A DNA stretch of 64,000 nt, from positions 11,979,398 through 12,043,397 of the forward strand of contig CM082588.2 of assembly GCA_040954595.2 (NCBI GenBank). Reading direction: 5' to 3'. The notes beneath the pieces are model-generated. The model had not been told where the DNA came from. It searched no databases and was given only the letters and a program-made list of their open reading frames with translations. Of the stretch, positions 55,006 to 64,000 are shown one piece after another. A program made the translations under genes and the position numbers. Position 1 is the first letter of the stretch; every line of letters starts with the position of its first letter. This DNA is from Balanoglossus misakiensis. Its lineage: Eukaryota > Animalia > Hemichordata.

Positions 55006-58000
55006 ATAAGGACATTAGCGATCAGGCCAGATATGGCGCTAATGGTTTAAAGGGCTCAGTGACTACTAATACTAAAGATACAAAATCATTGAACAACATT
55101 ACCGTCGATCATAATTTGAGTCATTCATCTTGGTGTGGTAAAACTAGATTGTTCACTGACATTGCCATTCAGGGTATACCGGGTCGTATTCAGATTGACA
55201 CAGGTGCTACTGACACTTTCCTGGCAGAGCACTGGTATTCAAAAATTCCAATGGATGAGCGACCTCCACTATATCATCTCAAGGAGGCTGTCAGTGCTTT
55301 TGGTAATAATAAACAAGAAGTTCTTGGGTTTTGTTATTTAGACGTGACCTTAAAGGGAACACATGCTAGGGTACCTGTCTATGTGGTTGAGTTGGAACCA
55401 TGGGACCTAGGTGTTCTTGGTCTTTCAGCAATTGGCCCATTAAATGTAAAGATTGACGCCTGTGCTGGGGTATTACACGTTAATGGGGAAATCATTACAT
55501 GTCATGACAAACCTATCACGCCAAGGGGGACCAAGCCTTATGTTACTCGACTGAGGGTTGATAGAGATGTTGTTATCCCTGCATGTAGCGAGACCATGGT
55601 ATTTTGTAGAAAGGCAAAATTACCTGTAGACGGGCAGCTGGGCTTCATGGAAGGGCACCCTCGAGTGGCTAGTGTTAAACGGTTGACGAGGGCCCGAGTC
55701 TGCACCGAGGATTCAGGTGATTTCACTGCCATGGTCTTGCCCACCACATCAGTCAAGGGGTTTACTGATGGTGTGGGTGTATGCCATGCCGTAGTAAACC
55801 CATGGGATTCAAGAATCCCCTTGAGAGTTCTTAATGTTAACGAAACTGATCATCATGTAAAAGCTGGGACTGTACTGGCATTACTTAGGGTTGAGCATGG
55901 GGAAATAGAGCCATTTGATTTATCTCCGAGTGATTCTAAGGGGACTGGAGCGATATCCATAAAAACTATGGATGGAAACACTACATGTGATACTGTGATA
56001 CCTGACCATCTTTCTGATTTGTATGAAAAAAGTAGTAGACTCTTAGATGAAAAACAGAAACAAGAATTGGCTGATTTACTGGTTAAGTCAGCCGATGTCT
56101 TTAGTCGGAATGATAGGGACATAGGTAGGTCGGATATTATTAAACATAAGGTGGTGCTCGATGGCAATCCCGTCAGACAACGACCATATCGTACGCCTAT
56201 CTGGAAACAGGAAGAAGTGGACAGACAGGTGAAAGATTTACTAGATAGGGGTTTGATTGAAGAGTCCACAAGTCCGTGGGCTTCTCCAGTAGTCCTGGTT
56301 AAAAAGAAGGACGGGTCCCAACGTCTGGGTGTAGACTATAGAAAATTGAATGCGCTGACAGTGAAAGACAGTTTTCCACTTCCCAGAATCGATGATGCCC
56401 TTGAGTCCTTAGATGGGGCAGAGTGGTTTTCCACCCTTGATTTGCAATCTGGGTACTGGCAAATTGAATTAGACCCAGATTCACAACCGTACACAGCGTT
56501 CTGCACTAAGACAGGCTTATATCAGTGGAAAGTCCTCCCGTTTGGACTAACTAATGCACCCAGTACTTTTGAAAGGATCATGGAGCGGTGTTTTAGTGGA
56601 TTATCATGGAAAATCCTTTTATTGTATTTGGATGATGTTATTGTCTTCGCAAAGTCATTTGAGGACGAACTAGCGCGACTCAAAATGGTATTCGATCGCT
56701 TACGACAGGCTGGGCTTAAGTTGAAGCCAAATAAATGTGTGTTGTTTGCTACCACTGTCGAGTTTTTGGGACATAACGTCTCAGCGGGAGGTGTTGCAAC
56801 TGACTCGGGGAAGGTTGAGATTATTGAGAAATGGCCAACACCGGGGTCAGTGACAGAAGTACGTGCTTTTCTTGGCCTTGTTTCGTACTACAGACGATTT
56901 GTGAAAAATTTCGCCGAAATGGCAAGGCCTTTACATGACCTCACAAAGAAAAATGTTGTATTTGTATGGTCTGAAAAGTGCCAGGAAGCATTTGATGAAT
57001 TGAAGCATGCTTTGACAGTGGCCCCTGTGTTGGCATTTCCGTCTGCAAATGACACTTTTATATTGGATACGGATGCCAGTGGCACTGGCATCGGGGCTGT
57101 TTTAGCACAGGTGCAAGATGGCGTGGAACGCCCCATCAGTTACGGTGGTAGAGTGTTGTCAAGTGCAGAGCGCAAGTATTGTGTAACTAGAAAGGAGTTG
57201 CTTGTGGTGGTGAATTTTGTGAAGTATTATCGACACTACTTGCTTGGTCGTAAGTTTATTTTGCGTACGGATCATGCATCCTTGACTTGGCTGATGCGTT
57301 TCAAGAACCCAGAAGGGCAATTAGCCCATTGGTTGGAGCTATTACAACAGTTTGATTTTACTATTGTGCACAGACCAGGGTTACGCCATGCAAATGCAGA
57401 TGCCCTGAGTCGGTTGCCGGCTTATGATTGTAAACAGTGTGGGCAGATGCATGCTAGTACTGAGGCTCCCACCTGTCAGACAAAGACACAGGAAGAGTCT
57501 AGCCATGGCTGTTTTACGTTAAATCCGTCGGATAATGAATTCGGCCAAGTGAAGGAATTGCAAACAGGGTCCGTGATAAATCAGTATGGCAGGTCTGGTG
57601 TGGCCGCCAGATCTGCTGAGATTGAGACGGAGAGTATCTGTGAGGGGAACGGACAGGGTGATCCAGGGGTACTTGTCTCGAAACCAGTATGGTCAAATGA
57701 AGAACTTCGGGAAAAGCAATGCCGGGTTGCCGGTATGAAACTTTTGATTTGTGCTGTAGAGAATAAGGAAGCCAGGCCTAAGTGGGAGGATGTTTCTACC
57801 TTCTCTCCGGAGGTCAAAAATTGTTGGGCTTCATTCGACCATTTGCGTGTTGTAAATGGAGTATTATACAGGCTATTTGAGTCTGCCGATGGTTTACGTG
57901 TCCGGTGGCAATTGTACCTACCGCAGGATTGTCGAGAGTCAGTGTTGCAGGAATTACACACTGCCAAATCGGGGGGTCATTTGGGTATGGATAAGCTACT

Positions 58001-59399
58001 TTCTAAGGTGCGTCTGCGATATTTCTGGTCTGGTATGACGGCAGACGTTCGATCTTTTGTTAGAGGTTGTGATATTTGCGCTTGTCGACAGTCTGTAGGT
58101 CGACGGAAGAAAGCGCCCTTACAGACTTATATCGTTGGTTGCCCGATGGAGAGGGTAGCCATAGACATCTTGGGGCCATTTCCAGAAAGCTCTAATGGCA
58201 ATAAGAAGGTGCTAGTCTTTGCCGATTATTTTACAAAGTGGCTAGAGTGTGTCCCGATAAAAGATGAGAGGGCGGTAACTGTAGCCGAAGCCCTTGTAAG
58301 TAATGTGTTCAGCCGTTTTGGCATGCCCAAAGAAATTCACTCGGATAGGGGCAGAGATTTTATTTCATCCGTCTTCAGAGAGGTATGTTCTCTTGTGGGA
58401 ACTTCCAAAACGTATACGACACCTCGCCATCCCCAGAGTGATGGAATGGTGGAAAGACACATGAAATTCATTGTTGGGTCTCTTAAGACATACTTGGAAC
58501 CCAAGGCCCACCAACGTGACTGGGACACTTACTTGCCGTACGTTACCATGGCCTATAGGTCTGCTGTGCACTCCTCTACTGGGGAGAGTCCAAACATGCT
58601 GATGCTTGGGCGCGAAATTTCATTGCCTGTCGATCTGATGTTTGAAAATAACCTCGAAAATGATGACAGTGTTGGGTCGGACTATGCTTGGACCCTGCGT
58701 TCCAAGATACAGGATGCCCATGCTTGGGCCAGGGAGCAGCTGAAACGCAGTGCTCGTATACAAAAGAAACAGTATGATAGATATCTGGACAAAGATGGAC
58801 TCACTGCTGGAGAGTTTGTGTGGTTAAAGGATGAGCGACGGAAGAAGGGGTTTTGTCCCAAACTCCAGCTCAATTATGAGGGTCCGTATATGGTGGTTGG
58901 TCGAGTTTCTGATGTTGTGTACCGCATACAGCAGAGCCCTCGTGCGAAATATAAGGTTGTTCATTTTGAGAAGTTGAAACGTTACGAGGGGAAACCACTT
59001 ACCCCCTGGTTGGATCGCTCCTGCTTGCCCGATCTGGACCAGCGAATCCAGGATGGCATGCCAGAAACTGAATTGCCATCTAAGGCCGAAGAATCACTCC
59101 CAGCCGATCAGCCTTCCGACACACAGGACGACGGGAAGAATACTACCCAGTTATGTGGTGGAGAAGATACAGAGATTGTGAAACCAGTTGCTGGGATCGA
59201 ACTTCTTGAAGACGATACCGAGGGTGTTGAACACCAGGACCTGGAACCCGTCGCTGGTTGTTCTATGGATGATACCGGGGATTACAGAACTGGTAATGCA
59301 GGGAACGAGATATTGACCAAGGATGGACCTGTGGTGACTGGACGATACCCCAGGAGGAGACGAAAACCAACAAACTTCTATGGATTTGGACAGAACTGA
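54891..59399 (+). CDS. pol: Pol polyprotein (protease, RT, RNase H, integrase) in the -1 frame relative to gag
   Basis: IDTGA protease; VDYRKLN, LDLQSGYWQ, PFGLTNAPSTF, YLDD RT; DTDAS and RKELL RNase H; HTAKSGGH..CDIC finger; DILGP, HSDRG, GMVER integrase core. Probably entered by frameshift near 54960. Confidence 0.96.
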   Translation: MLPVWSARAYSQVLPIVETPISVKLGWTGRTAQPPVPINKDISDQARYGANGLKGSVTTNTKDTKSLNNITVDHNLSHSSWCGKTRLFTDIAIQGIPGRIQIDTGATDTFLAEHWYSKIPMDERPPLYHLKEAVSAFGNNKQEVLGFCYLDVTLKGTHARVPVYVVELEPWDLGVLGLSAIGPLNVKIDACAGVLHVNGEIITCHDKPITPRGTKPYVTRLRVDRDVVIPACSETMVFCRKAKLPVDGQLGFMEGHPRVASVKRLTRARVCTEDSGDFTAMVLPTTSVKGFTDGVGVCHAVVNPWDSRIPLRVLNVNETDHHVKAGTVLALLRVEHGEIEPFDLSPSDSKGTGAISIKTMDGNTTCDTVIPDHLSDLYEKSSRLLDEKQKQELADLLVKSADVFSRNDRDIGRSDIIKHKVVLDGNPVRQRPYRTPIWKQEEVDRQVKDLLDRGLIEESTSPWASPVVLVKKKDGSQRLGVDYRKLNALTVKDSFPLPRIDDALESLDGAEWFSTLDLQSGYWQIELDPDSQPYTAFCTKTGLYQWKVLPFGLTNAPSTFERIMERCFSGLSWKILLLYLDDVIVFAKSFEDELARLKMVFDRLRQAGLKLKPNKCVLFATTVEFLGHNVSAGGVATDSGKVEIIEKWPTPGSVTEVRAFLGLVSYYRRFVKNFAEMARPLHDLTKKNVVFVWSEKCQEAFDELKHALTVAPVLAFPSANDTFILDTDASGTGIGAVLAQVQDGVERPISYGGRVLSSAERKYCVTRKELLVVVNFVKYYRHYLLGRKFILRTDHASLTWLMRFKNPEGQLAHWLELLQQFDFTIVHRPGLRHANADALSRLPAYDCKQCGQMHASTEAPTCQTKTQEESSHGCFTLNPSDNEFGQVKELQTGSVINQYGRSGVAARSAEIETESICEGNGQGDPGVLVSKPVWSNEELREKQCRVAGMKLLICAVENKEARPKWEDVSTFSPEVKNCWASFDHLRVVNGVLYRLFESADGLRVRWQLYLPQDCRESVLQELHTAKSGGHLGMDKLLSKVRLRYFWSGMTADVRSFVRGCDICACRQSVGRRKKAPLQTYIVGCPMERVAIDILGPFPESSNGNKKVLVFADYFTKWLECVPIKDERAVTVAEALVSNVFSRFGMPKEIHSDRGRDFISSVFREVCSLVGTSKTYTTPRHPQSDGMVERHMKFIVGSLKTYLEPKAHQRDWDTYLPYVTMAYRSAVHSSTGESPNMLMLGREISLPVDLMFENNLENDDSVGSDYAWTLRSKIQDAHAWAREQLKRSARIQKKQYDRYLDKDGLTAGEFVWLKDERRKKGFCPKLQLNYEGPYMVVGRVSDVVYRIQQSPRAKYKVVHFEKLKRYEGKPLTPWLDRSCLPDLDQRIQDGMPETELPSKAEESLPADQPSDTQDDGKNTTQLCGGEDTEIVKPVAGIELLEDDTEGVEHQDLEPVAGCSMDDTGDYRTGNAGNEILTKDGPVVTGRYPRRRRKPTNFYGFGQN
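54957..54999 (+). promoter_or_regulatory. Putative -1 ribosomal frameshift signal
   Basis: G TTA AAC in gag phase (54957-54963), 6-nt spacer, then an 8-bp stem GGACTGGG (54970-54977) / CCCAGTCC (54992-54999). Confidence 0.7.
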
Positions 59400-59553
59400 C
59401 CTGTTGGGGATGTTAACTGTTGACTGACTTTAAGATGAAGCGTTGAACCATAGGAATTTAACTGTATGAACTCTTAATGCACTTTTATGCCACAGTGGCA
59501 ATGACAATGACATTATGTTATCGTTAGACTCAAACATACGAGTAGTTTGGTCT

Positions 59554-59565
59554 AGGGAGGGGGTA
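59554..59565 (+). other. Polypurine tract
   Basis: AGGGAGGGGGTA directly before the 3' LTR. Confidence 0.9.
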
Positions 59566-60156
59566 TGTGATGGAAATTCTACATGTTGTCATTCTCATTT
59601 GCCTGACGTTATTACCAGTGCCATAGATTGTTCTGCCTTCGTATACAGATAACTGGTGGCGTTCTTTATAACGCGAGTTTATGCATGCTTGTTCAGAAAA
59701 GAGTACTTCAATTCGATTGTTCTAGTGTTGTGTTCGTTTGACCAAATACAGTTTGTTGCCTTTCCCTATAAAATGACAGGGACACGCCTTCCCGTCGACT
59801 TTCGGCCAATGGCAGTGGGAGGCTCATGTCACCTGACCTGTCAAGGGATGCGTCGTTTTCACTCGTGCTTAGGAGAAGTGGTGAGATTGGAGCTGTAACC
59901 TGCTGAGTTCGGACGTTTTTGTCGACCGTCTTAGTAATACATTGAGTTTCTTTTATTGCTGCTATTTGTGTTGTGCGTTATTACTTCGCCCTTTCTGGGA
60001 GACCCATTGTATCAAGGTTGAGCTGGGCCCGCGATTGGCGTACGCTACCGAGACAACTATTTTGGTGTGTGGACCTCACCAGTCTATCCGCGTGGATTTG
60101 TTGCGTTTGTTGCGTTTGTTGCGGACCCGCGTAGCTAGAAATATAATTCCGCGACA
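59566..60156 (+). repeat. 3' LTR
   Basis: 591 bp. By eye it differs from the 5' LTR by 4 isolated substitutions plus one clustered replacement at 60097-60114. Confidence 0.97.
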
Positions 60157-63100
60157 ATATCCAGTTATGTGACCATTCTTTGAATTCCATTTATGATGTA
60201 AGAAATTAAATTTTATGCAATATTATTCTATCCCTTACAACATTTCAGCATAACTCTTTCCATATTTGTTTTCATTCTGTGACTGTTCCACTTAAATCTT
60301 GTAGAGAATTTGGTATTTCAACACAAATTCTTGAACCTATACATAAGTCTTTTTAGTAAAACATATCCAGTTATGTGACCATTCTTTGAATTCCATTTAT
60401 GATGTAAGAAATTAAATTTTATGCAGTATTATTCTATCCCTTACAACATTCCAGCATAACTCTTTCCATATTTGTTTTCATTCTGTGACTATTCCACTTA
60501 AATCTTGTAGAGAATTCGTTATTCCAAAACAAAGCCTTCAAACTATACATATTAAGTCTTTTTAGTAAAGCATGGCCTGTTATGTGACCATTCTTTGAAT
60601 TCTATTTATGATGTAAGAAATTTATTTTTTTGCAATATTAATCTATCCCTTACAACATTCCAGCATAACTATTTCAATATTTGTTTTCATTCTGTAACTG
60701 TTCCACTTAAATCTTGGAGAGAATTCGGAATTTCAACACAAACCCTTGAAACTATACAGAAGTTTTTTAGTAAAACATGGCCCGTTATGTGACCATTCTT
60801 TGAATTCCATTTATGATGTAAGAAATTAAATTATTTGCAATATTAATCTATCCCTTACAACATTCCGGCATAACTCTTTCCATATTTGTTTTCATTCTGT
60901 GACTGTTCCACTTAAATCTTGTAGAGAATTCGTTATTCCAAAACAAAGCCTTGAAAATATACATATCCTGTTATGTGACCTTTCTTTGAATACCATTTAT
61001 GATGTAAGAAATTACATTATTTGCAATATTAATCTATCCCTTACAACATTCCAGCAAAACTCTTTCCATATTTGTTTTCATTTTGTGACTGTTGCACTTA
61101 ATTCTTGTAGTGAATTCGTTATTCCAAAACAAAGCCTTGAAACTATACATATCCTGTTACGTGACCTTTCTTTGAATACCATTTATGATGTAACAAATTA
61201 CATTATTTGCAATATAAATCTATCCCTTACAACATCTCAGCATAACTCTTTCCATATTTGATTTCATATCCTGTTACGTGACCTTTCTTTGAATACCATT
61301 TATGATGTAAGAAATTACATTATTTGCAATATTAATCTATCCCATACAACATTCCAGCATAACTCTTTCCATATTTGTTTTCATTCTGTGACTGTTCCAC
61401 TTAAATCTTGTAGAAATTCGTTATTCCAAAACAAAGCCTTGAAACTATACATATCCTGTTATGTGACCTTTCTTTGAATACCATTTATGATGTAAGAAAT
61501 TACATTATTTGCAATATTAATCTATCCCATACAAAATTCCAGCATAACTCTTTCCATATTTGTTTTCATTCTGTGACTGTTCCACTTAAATCTTGTAGAG
61601 AATTCGTTATTCCAAAACAAAGCCTTGAAACTATACATATCCTGTTATGTTACCTTTCTTTGAATACCATTTATGATGTAACAAATTACATTATTGCAAT
61701 ATTAATTCATCCCTTACAACATCTCAGCATAACTCTTTCCATATTTGTTTTCATTTTGTGACTGTTCCACTTAAATCTTGGAAAGAATTTGGTATTTCAA
61801 CACAAAGCCTTGAAACTATACATATCCTGTTACGTGACCTTTCTTTGAATTCCATTTATGATGTAAGAAATTAAATTCTTTGCAACATTAATCTATCCCT
61901 TACAACATTCCAGCATAACTCTTTCCATATTTGTTTTAATTCTGTGACTGTTCCACTTAAATCTTGGAGAGAATTCGGTATTTCAACACAAACCCTTGAA
62001 ACTATACATAAGTCTTTTTAGTAAAGCATGGCCTGTTATGTGACCATTCTTTGAATTCTATTTATGATGTAAGAAATTTATTTTTTTGCAATATTGATCT
62101 ATCCCTTACAACATTCCAGCATAACTATTTCAATATTTGTTTTCATTCTGTAACTGTTCCACTTAAATCTTGGAGAGAATTCGGAATTTCAACACAAACC
62201 CTTGAAACTATACAGAAGTTTTTTAGTAAAACATGGCCCGTTATGTGACCATTCTTTGAATTCCATTTATGATGTAAGAAATTAAATTATTTGCAATATT
62301 AATCTATCCCTTACAACATTCCGGCATAACTCTTTCCATATTTGTTTTCATTCTGTGACTGTTCCACTTAAATCTTGTAGAGAATTCGTTATTCCAAAAC
62401 AAAGCCTTGAAAATATACATATCCTGTTATGTGACCTTTCTTTGAATACCATTTATGATGTAAGAAATTACATTATTTGCAATATTAATCTATCCCTTAT
62501 AACATTCCAGCAAAACTCTTTCCATATTTGTTTTCATTTTGTGACTGTTGCACTTAATTCTTGTAGTGAATTCGTTATTCCAAAACAAAGCCTTGAAACT
62601 ATACATATCCTGTTACGTGACCTTTCTTTGAATACCATTTATGATGTAAGAAATTACATTATTTGCAATATTAATCTATCCCTTACAACATCTCAGCATA
62701 ACTCTTTCCACATTTGTTTTCATATCCTGTTACGTGACCTTTCTTTGAATACCATTTATGATGTAAGAAATTACATTATTTGCAATATTAATCTATCCCA
62801 TACAACATTTCAGCATAACTCTTTCCATATTTGTTTTCATTCTGTGACTGTTCCACTTAAATCTAGTAGAGAATTCGTTATTCCAAAACAAAGCCTTGAA
62901 ACTATACATATCCTGTTATGTGACCTTTCTTTGAATACCATTTATGATGTAAGAAATTACATTATTTGCAATATTAATCTATCCCTTACAACATTCCAGC
63001 AAAAATCTTTCCATATTTGTTTTCATTTTGTGACTGTTGCACTTAATTCTTGTAGTGAATTCGTTATTCCAAAACAAAGCCTTGAAACTATACATATCCT

Positions 63101-63690
63101 GTTACGTGACCTTTCTTTGAATACCATTTATGATGTAACAAATTACATTATTTGCAATATTAATCTATCCCTTACAACATCTCAGCATAACTCTTTCCAT
63201 ATTTGTTTTCATTTTGTGACTGTTCCACTTAAATCTTGGAAAGAATTTGGTATTTCAACACAAAGCCTTGAAACTATACATATCCTGTTACGTGACCTTT
63301 CTTTGAATACCATTTATGATGTAAGAAATTACATTATTTGCAATATTAATCTATCCCATACAACATTCCAGCATAACTCTTTCCATATTTGTTTTCATTC
63401 TGTGACTGTTCCACTTAAATCTTGTAGAGAATTCGTTATTCCAAAACAAAGCCTTGAAACTATACATATCCTCCTATGTGACCTTTCTTTGAATACCATT
63501 TATGATGTAAGAAATTACATTATTTGCAATATTAATCTATCCCTTACAACATTCCAGCATAACTCTTTCCATATTTGTTTTCATTCTGTGTGACTGCTCC
63601 ACTTAAATCTTGTAGAGAATTCGTTATTCGAAAACAAAGCCTTGAAACTATACATATCCTGTTACGTGACCTTTCTTTGAATACCATTTA
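60157..63690 (+). repeat. Satellite array, segment 3, including a divergent terminal subfamily
   Basis: Resumes in register after the Gypsy. From ~60900 it is mostly 186-bp monomers with GAATACC and AAATTACATT variants; duplicated block at offset 1456. Confidence 0.97.
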
Positions 63691-64000
63691 GGGACCGTTC
63701 AGTTTTTACGGCAGGGGGGGGGGGGGTGTGGCAAGTTTGAGTCATCGGTTCTCAAAATCAGGCCAACCCCCCCCCCCTTCACCCAGGACCAAAAAATGAT
63801 GACCCCCCCTTTGCCAGACCCAAAAATATGATGAACCCCCCCCCCCCCACGCCCAAAATATTCGCCGTTCTGATCCTATGTACACTGTATGCAATAAAGG
63901 GAATGAGGCTCCTCACACCTCAATTATATATTTCTTAAAGTATTATTGAAGTATATAATAGTATATCGTTGCAATAAAGAAATCTATGAACAAAAGAAAA
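63691..64000. mobile_element. Probable terminus of a non-autonomous DNA transposon (Harbinger- or Kolobok-like, uncertain)
   Basis: Satellite stops mid-monomer at CCATTTA|GGGACCGTTCAGTTTTTACG, followed by a G run and repeated CCAAAAA-ATGATGA-C(n) motifs. The other end is not visible. Confidence 0.5.

Larger units (their letters stand above)
52740..60156 (+). mobile_element. Full-length Ty3/Gypsy LTR retrotransposon (7417 bp)
   Basis: 591-bp LTRs with TG...CA ends, ATAT TSD at 52736-52739 and 60157-60160, PBS, PPT, uninterrupted gag and PR-RT-RH-IN pol. Removing it restores the satellite sequence AAAACATATCCAGTTATG. Confidence 0.97.

Noticed and set aside
53591-58873. Antisense and alternate-frame ORFs within gag/pol, or an env gene
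   Set aside because: Short shadow ORFs; only ~165 bp lie between pol and the 3' LTR, leaving no room for env.
2026-63690. CRISPR-like array or phase-variable cassette system
   Set aside because: Head-to-tail monomers with no unique spacers, no cas or recombinase genes, and a eukaryotic transposon context.

Overview
Eukaryotic repeat-rich, probably heterochromatic DNA; the element types suggest a marine invertebrate (inference). No host gene is evident. About 52 kb is one AT-rich tandem satellite (roughly 260 monomers in two main lengths, 186 and 206 bp, two EcoRI sites each) built into local higher-order repeats. It is bordered on the left by a decayed, truncated Ngaro/DIRS-type retrotransposon (1-2025, minus strand). 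It is interrupted by a Helentron-associated non-autonomous element (15867-18025) holding its own 239-bp tandem array and a nested 375-bp MITE, and by an apparently intact Ty3/Gypsy element (52740-60156, ATAT TSD). It ends at a probable DNA-transposon terminus (63691 onward). The most unusual observation is that the monomer translates into what looks like three decayed leucine-rich repeats, and a terminal subfamily has lost the only stop in that frame, giving a 412-codon ORF. This LRR link is by-eye inference and needs a profile search.
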